Positions 25,690 through 30,642 of a stretch of DNA of 30,642 bases are shown piece by piece; within the stretch, counting starts at the first letter, position 1, and each line of letters begins with the position of its first letter. The translations under genes were made by a program, and so were the position numbers. The DNA lies in IMG/VR virus record IMGVR_UViG_3300025128_000209, positions 1 through 30,642 of that record. The stretch is one strand, 5' to 3'. This stretch comes from a virus (Duplodnaviria; Caudoviricetes). A model generated the notes under the pieces. The model made no database searches. It was not told where the DNA came from and saw only the letters and a list, made by a program, of their open reading frames with translations.

Positions 25690-27911
25690 TATTTCTTTCT
25701 CCTTTTAGCTGTCCCTGTGCCACCAGAGGGAGTAGAGCCTTGTTTAGCCGAATCTCTTATTTGAGTTTTGACAGTGGCTAAAGTATCGTCAAGTCGTTTT
25801 TCGTAAAGAGTACTTGCTGCACCAGCTTTATTACTAACTTTATCAAGGTCTCCTTTAAACTTCTCAACTTCTACTTTTTTCCTTAAATTAACAGCTTCTC
25901 GGTCTCTTGTTTGTAAGTCACCTTTCAGCTGTTTTATTTGTGATTGAGCACCTTGCAACTGTTGTTGCAATTGCTGTATCATATCAGTTCTTTGCATGAC
26001 ACCTTCCATGTCAAATATTTCTGTTTTCTTAAGAACTTCCTGTCTATCTATTAAGCCTTTAGAATATGCATCCATATAGAATTCTAATTCTGCATATCTA
26101 TTAGAAGGCAATGTAGACCCTGCTACTACTATAACATCATATTTACCTATTGTTATATCGTTTATTACCTTTATTTCACCAGTCTTATCATCAACTAATT
26201 TTTTATTTATAACATATTCACTCATAGAATTGTTAGGTTGAACAATTCTGAAAATCTTTCTACTGGTATATAATTGCTGCATTAATGGAATAGCAACTTG
26301 CCCTGCTCTGGTTAATGCCGCTTCTATATCTGCTAACTTAGACTTCATCTTTCTTTGTCCAAATTCATCAATCGATATGGTAGCTTTATAAGTTTGAGGC
26401 GCAGCTTGCGAATTCCCCATCATCATTTCATATAAACCTAAAGCATGGTCTATATCATTCTTAGCAGTTGTCTCATTTTGATACAATTCATTAGGAAGAG
26501 GAGTAGGTTGTACTGGCAAAGGAGCACCGTCAGTAGGGTCATAAGGTATAGCTACCCCTGGTTGTGCCCACTTTTCTTCAAAATTCTTCATATCTACACT
26601 GCCTTCTGGAACTAATATTTTTGTATTAGTACTAGTAGTAGCATGAGCTATTATCAAAGAGCGTGTTTTATTAATGTATTCCTGCAATCCTTTTATCATC
26701 CTCACATCAGATACTGGATAAGGAGTTCTAGTATGAACGTTCATTATAGGAACTACAGGATAGTGTTCTAGAGGTAATACTCTCGAATATAAATGCTTAT
26801 CACCTACTATAACACATTGTTTTATCTTTTTACTTGAAATCTTAACTATAGATATTTCTTTTTTCTCAATTAAATCTTTATAAGTTATTTCTTGAAAGTC
26901 TATATTAGGAACTTCTTCTTCTGCTATTTTTTCTACTTCTTCTTTTTTATATCCTGCATGAATCAATTCTTGTTGCTTCATTAGAAGAGCTTCTTGCCTT
27001 TTTACAAGAAGTTGTTCATATAATTTATTAGCCTTTTGAGCATCTGCAATAATCTGCTGTTGTATTATCCAAGCAGGTCTTTGAGTATACTTCTCGTAAT
27101 CTTCTTCACTTAGTAATTCTTCTTTACCAGAGAACTTTTCAAATGTTCTAAATTCAGTTACGTCTACTTTATAATATCTTTCATATCCCCTGATATAATC
27201 TTGATTGTTCACTCTACCTACATCTTCTGGGAATTGAACTTCCCCATCATCTTCGCGTACGGTAGCAGGGGCATTAAAATCAAAACGAGTACCACTATTA
27301 TCTGCTGCATTCTCTATCGCTTTTGAATACATAGGCCATAAGTTTTTAGCCTGGTCTTTAGTAAAAAGTTTAGATATAATTACATTTTCAGCATCATCAA
27401 AAAGCTTATGTCGACTATTAGGGTCAACATACACATCTAAGGGGTCTATATCCTTAAAGCATACTTCTCCTTTGCCCATATCCATTGTAGGGTCTTGATA
27501 TACTTGCATATAACCTACCCCCATTACATAATAATCATCGACTGCTTGCCTTATAACAGACCTTCCATCAGATATATCATACATATATGCTAATAAAGCA
27601 CTCATAACCTGAGCTACTTTATTATCAGAATCTTCTCTAGGAGCAGCTCTAAATGAAGGTCTATTAGCAGTTAACATAGCTTTTGCTGACTCAACTGCTG
27701 GATGAACTCTGTTTATAACTATAGGAGCTTGCCCACGAGATTCTAAGGTTTTTCTTTGTTCAGCAGTCCACTGCCTCCCAAGTCTAAATTCTTTATCTTC
27801 CTTCGCTTGATTTGCCCAAGTATCTCTTTTACTTGAATACTTGTCAAATAAGTCTAAGGTCTCATCTACTAAATTTTTTGACGATTTTCCGTCTTTTTGA
27901 GTATATGCCAT
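25689..27911 (-). CDS. Portal protein (P22-like, with C-terminal coiled-coil barrel), 740 aa
   Basis: Follows TerL; FRLGRQWT...RGQAPIVINRVHPAV, PREDSD, DPLDVYVDP, LQEYINKTRS, GKYDVIV motifs of P22-like portals; Q-rich C-terminal helix. Confidence 0.9.
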   Translation of the reverse strand: MAYTQKDGKSSKNLVDETLDLFDKYSSKRDTWANQAKEDKEFRLGRQWTAEQRKTLESRGQAPIVINRVHPAVESAKAMLTANRPSFRAAPREDSDNKVAQVMSALLAYMYDISDGRSVIRQAVDDYYVMGVGYMQVYQDPTMDMGKGEVCFKDIDPLDVYVDPNSRHKLFDDAENVIISKLFTKDQAKNLWPMYSKAIENAADNSGTRFDFNAPATVREDDGEVQFPEDVGRVNNQDYIRGYERYYKVDVTEFRTFEKFSGKEELLSEEDYEKYTQRPAWIIQQQIIADAQKANKLYEQLLVKRQEALLMKQQELIHAGYKKEEVEKIAEEEVPNIDFQEITYKDLIEKKEISIVKISSKKIKQCVIVGDKHLYSRVLPLEHYPVVPIMNVHTRTPYPVSDVRMIKGLQEYINKTRSLIIAHATTSTNTKILVPEGSVDMKNFEEKWAQPGVAIPYDPTDGAPLPVQPTPLPNELYQNETTAKNDIDHALGLYEMMMGNSQAAPQTYKATISIDEFGQRKMKSKLADIEAALTRAGQVAIPLMQQLYTSRKIFRIVQPNNSMSEYVINKKLVDDKTGEIKVINDITIGKYDVIVVAGSTLPSNRYAELEFYMDAYSKGLIDRQEVLKKTEIFDMEGVMQRTDMIQQLQQQLQGAQSQIKQLKGDLQTRDREAVNLRKKVEVEKFKGDLDKVSNKAGAASTLYEKRLDDTLATVKTQIRDSAKQGSTPSGGTGTAKRRKK

Positions 27912-27917
27912 ATGCTT

Positions 27918-27947
27918 AATTTACGAACTACATAGTCATCCAATCAA
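27918..27947 (-). promoter_or_regulatory. Possible promoter giving a leaderless portal mRNA
   Basis: TTGATT (27947-27942), 18-nt spacer, TAAATT (27923-27918), then 6 nt to the ATG; no SD is evident before the portal start. Confidence 0.3.
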
Positions 27948-29427
27948 GAGTTTTCTTTTGTTTTCTTAAATCGTCTTCAGATAATTTCTTGAATTCATGT
28001 AATCTACATGGCTTAGCACCGTCTAATGCTGTCCATATAGCATCCATAATATCATCATTTTTACCTTTAGGATAGGATAGAAACTCTTGTTGGGCTTTTA
28101 TGTCTTCTGGTCTAAAGTGAAATGTCCCCTTCGCGAAGAGAGGCACTAAAGACAATAACCTTTCTGATTTACTATTTCTTGGTTTAACACCAGATTCTAA
28201 ACCTGGTATATAAATATTTTCTTCCTTCATAAGTTCTCTTACAGCAGTCCTTAATGCTTCCTGATATCCTACAGTCTCGACTTTAACCCTTCTAGGTCTA
28301 TACTTCTTGTAAGTATCTATTATCATATTAGGCTGTTCTGCTGGAGATATTCTATTTCTGTATATATCTACAACGTATTTGTTGTTATCATTATCGATAG
28401 CAATAGTCGCGATAACAAAGTAGTCAGCCCTAGCAGAAAGAGAACTCGCAGGGTCCACACCAGTATACAGTTCAACAGGTATAGTTCTTTCATTATCTAA
28501 TCCTTTATTTTTAACTAAACAATTTTGACCTTGTATTCTCTCATAATCGTAATGATGTATCTTAATCCAATCTGGTTGAAAGGGAGCATCATCAGGAGAT
28601 TGGGCTATATTCATGTATTCTTGATAGAATCCATTAATATTCCCTACGGACGAAAACTCGTCCTTTATGGCCAATATCCTTTCTTTTGGAAAACGTTCAG
28701 GCCAAATACTTTTCTCATCCTCATCCCATATAGAAAACCACAATACATTCCAAGCACTTGATTCTTTAGCCCAGCATAAGAAGCAATCTTCTGATATAAC
28801 CGTGCCAATCATTGCTATCTTACCATCATCTGATAAAGACGGAATAACCGCTTCTGTTAACCACTTTCTATTCTTTGCTCTAGCATCAGGAGTAAATGCA
28901 TTTAATTCAGATTCAAAGTCATCTACTATAATTAAGTTAGGACGAGTATCTCCTTGCAGGAAACCCCTAACTCTTTGCCCTGTGCCTACAGCAACAATTC
29001 TAGTACCATTAGCAAGTATAATATCTGTATGAGTCCATCTCTGAGCAGTCTCAGGACCTAGGTTTCCAAATATTGCTTTAAACTCTTGACTAAATGTCAA
29101 GTGATATTTAATCCTCGATAAGAAGTTAATAGACTGTGCTTGTGATTCGGATATAATAACTATAAATAAATCTTCATTAGTGCTTTTAAAAGCAGCTCTC
29201 CATAAAGGATATATAAGCGTAGTAACTGTAGATTTAGCTGTTCCCCTAGGTGCTGCTATTAATACTCTCTTTTTCTCTTCATCAGACAAATATTTATATA
29301 TATCTCCATGAAAAGGAGGAGTAGTCTTCTTTAGAGCAGTAGGAAAGCAATGTTTCCCAAACAAAGCCATATTATTACGAAGCTTTTTAAGTGCTTGTAG
29401 TTGCTCGTATTGTTCTTCGTAGTCCAT
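27928..29427 (-). CDS. terL: Terminase large subunit, 499 aa
   Basis: Walker A APRGTAKST, Walker B LIIVDDFE, coupling motif IGT, nuclease-domain GVDPA...DY and DDIMDA. Confidence 0.95.
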   Translation of the reverse strand: MDYEEQYEQLQALKKLRNNMALFGKHCFPTALKKTTPPFHGDIYKYLSDEEKKRVLIAAPRGTAKSTVTTLIYPLWRAAFKSTNEDLFIVIISESQAQSINFLSRIKYHLTFSQEFKAIFGNLGPETAQRWTHTDIILANGTRIVAVGTGQRVRGFLQGDTRPNLIIVDDFESELNAFTPDARAKNRKWLTEAVIPSLSDDGKIAMIGTVISEDCFLCWAKESSAWNVLWFSIWDEDEKSIWPERFPKERILAIKDEFSSVGNINGFYQEYMNIAQSPDDAPFQPDWIKIHHYDYERIQGQNCLVKNKGLDNERTIPVELYTGVDPASSLSARADYFVIATIAIDNDNNKYVVDIYRNRISPAEQPNMIIDTYKKYRPRRVKVETVGYQEALRTAVRELMKEENIYIPGLESGVKPRNSKSERLLSLVPLFAKGTFHFRPEDIKAQQEFLSYPKGKNDDIMDAIWTALDGAKPCRLHEFKKLSEDDLRKQKKTLDWMTM

Positions 29428-29434
29428 AAAAGAC

Positions 29435-29665
29435 TTAAGCGTCCATTTCGCTTTCTTCTTCTCTTAGCATTTCTGGTGGCTTTTCATCTGGTAATAACAT
29501 AGCTGGAACATCTCTTCCACGCATTTTTACACCCGCTCTATAATCAGAGTTCTTTTTACCATATTTAGCATTCATAACCCTTGCAGCCTGCGACCCAGCC
29601 ATTACTGCAGGTCCACCCGCTGCTATAGCTGCCGCTTTTAATACTTTTTTAAGTTTTTCACTCAT
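29435..29665 (-). CDS. Hypothetical protein, 76 aa
   Basis: TAATG-coupled; SD-like GGAGG upstream; Ala/Gly-rich N-terminal half. Confidence 0.6.
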   Translation of the reverse strand: MSEKLKKVLKAAAIAAGGPAVMAGSQAARVMNAKYGKKNSDYRAGVKMRGRDVPAMLLPDEKPPEMLREEESEMDA

Positions 29666-30414
29666 TATTCTTCCTCCTTAGTAGTAGTTTTAGTAGCTAT
29701 AAGCTTATCTTCAGTCTCTCTAAGCTCGTCTATGAGCTTGACATTGCTAGTAGCTTCTATTTGCTCTACTGTTTTAACAAGATGCTTATCTTTCATTCCA
29801 TGCATATCTTGTAAATTATCAACAGCTCTCATCAGATTGGTGACATCACCTTTATCCTTAGCTGTTTTAATAGTATTCTCTAGTAAATCTAAAGTATACT
29901 CTTCTGTAAGTCCATGCTCCTTTAGTAGAGCTTGTAATTCATCTCTTACCATATCTTTGAATTTCTCCTTCTTCATTCTTCTCTTCCACATAATCTTTTG
30001 ATTATTAGTTGGATTATCTAGAACGTGGTCTATTGTTTTGTCGTAATCCATGGTTTGAGCATACACCATGGCTAGATTCTTCATTTTCTGTCCATTTGAG
30101 ATAACTTCCCAATGTGTTTTCCCAGAAATGGTGTTATTTGACTTTCTACCAGCAGCCTTAAGCATAGTGCTAGTATACTTAGGGTTATAAAAAGCATAAC
30201 CAAAGGGAAACCTAATATAAATACTAGTAGGCTTATACTTTGCCCTTGAGATGACCTTAGCCACGTAGTTGTCGTCTGATAACCCGTATTCTCCTTCATT
30301 AGCATCCCTCCAGTATTTATAGTCAATTTCTTTAGTATCTGCTTCTTTTTTGTCAAAAACCTTATAGGTTGTAGGAGATTTATCTCCTTTGTGATGTATG
30401 TCAATAGTATACAT
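29665..30414 (-). CDS. Probable terminase small subunit with extra N-terminal domain, 249 aa
   Basis: Two genes upstream of terL; C-terminal helical LDLLENTIKTAKDKGDVTNLMRAVDNLQDMHGM resembles the TerS oligomerisation hairpin. Confidence 0.5.
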   Translation of the reverse strand: MYTIDIHHKGDKSPTTYKVFDKKEADTKEIDYKYWRDANEGEYGLSDDNYVAKVISRAKYKPTSIYIRFPFGYAFYNPKYTSTMLKAAGRKSNNTISGKTHWEVISNGQKMKNLAMVYAQTMDYDKTIDHVLDNPTNNQKIMWKRRMKKEKFKDMVRDELQALLKEHGLTEEYTLDLLENTIKTAKDKGDVTNLMRAVDNLQDMHGMKDKHLVKTVEQIEATSNVKLIDELRETEDKLIATKTTTKEEE

Positions 30415-30641
30415 TAATAATTAAAAGCCTCATTACCTTGTTCATTTACTACATTGCTTTGCATACTAGGCATAAGTTTATTTACTCTGTTTCTAGTAGC
30501 ATCATCTGGGTCTGTATGATGAAACTTATAATAAGCATTCTGTCTAGCCTCCATATCACCTTTTCCTATTAAATTGAGCAAACTATCAGAGCCTGACTGA
30601 GCAAATGTATTAGCTAAGAACATAGCATTTGCCTGCTCATC
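30414..30641 (-). CDS. 5'-truncated hypothetical protein (C-terminal 75 aa visible)
   Basis: The frame stays open upstream of the track ATG to the window edge (...DEQANAMFLANTFAQ...), so the true start probably lies outside the window; its stop is TAATG-coupled to the next gene. Confidence 0.65.
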   Translation of the reverse strand, partial: DEQANAMFLANTFAQSGSDSLLNLIGKGDMEARQNAYYKFHHTDPDDATRNRVNKLMPSMQSNVVNEQGNEAFNY

Positions 30642-30642
30642 A

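Larger units (their letters stand above)
1..30642 (-). mobile_element. Tailed dsDNA bacteriophage (podovirus-like) packaging/head/tail/ejection gene region
   Basis: Co-oriented, tightly packed terminase, portal, scaffold, capsid, adaptor, nozzle and ejection-type genes; no tape-measure, sheath or prohead protease recognised; no host housekeeping genes. Free phage versus prophage cannot be decided from this window. Confidence 0.95.

Noticed and set aside
890-30001. All plus-strand ORFs in the track (e.g. 890-1075, 6864-7205, 11934-12257, 16508-16765, 24679-24975, 28667-29032, 29732-30001)
   Set aside because: Each lies wholly or largely antisense to a well-supported minus-strand gene, and none shows a recognisable motif; treated as shadow ORFs.
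30081-30404. Minus-strand 107-aa ORF overlapping the putative small terminase
   Set aside because: Alternative frame wholly within a gene coupled at both ends; its hydrophobic stretch could suggest an embedded membrane protein, but there is no supporting RBS or motif.
30414-30641. Possible lysozyme/transglycosylase-like identity of the truncated right-edge ORF
   Set aside because: Only the C-terminal ~75 aa are visible and no catalytic motif is in the window; left as hypothetical.

Overview
The whole window is the morphogenesis arm of an AT-rich (roughly one-third GC by eye) tailed dsDNA phage with podovirus-like organisation. All credible genes are on the minus strand, many coupled by TAATG overlaps. 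In transcription order (right to left): a 5'-truncated ORF, probable small terminase, large terminase, P22-like portal, scaffold, major capsid, several head/accessory proteins (one LamG/ConA-like), adaptor-like ring proteins (one apparently split into two genes), an inserted envelope/lysis-like cassette, a 2728-aa expanded tail nozzle, a fibre-like protein, two ejection-type proteins, and a giant ORF (4911 to <1, at least 1637 aa, open to the window edge) that the ORF track missed. Two things stand out. (1) The giant ORF carries a degenerate SLOG-like domain and a Cys-less DUF4326-like domain and, at the window edge, motifs resembling the start of a single-subunit two-barrel RNA polymerase, so it is a candidate injected virion RNAP. 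(2) The envelope cassette opens with a membrane/coiled-coil protein bearing an N-terminal tandem MshEN-like (c-di-GMP-binding) motif and an internal SD+GTG restart that would delete exactly that domain; it is followed by a predicted outer-membrane beta-barrel, small membrane proteins including a holin-like one, a Zn-ribbon protein and a metallophosphoesterase. I found no GATC site in the window. No tRNA, rRNA, CRISPR array or integrase was seen. All domain calls are by-eye motif recognition; no database searches were run.
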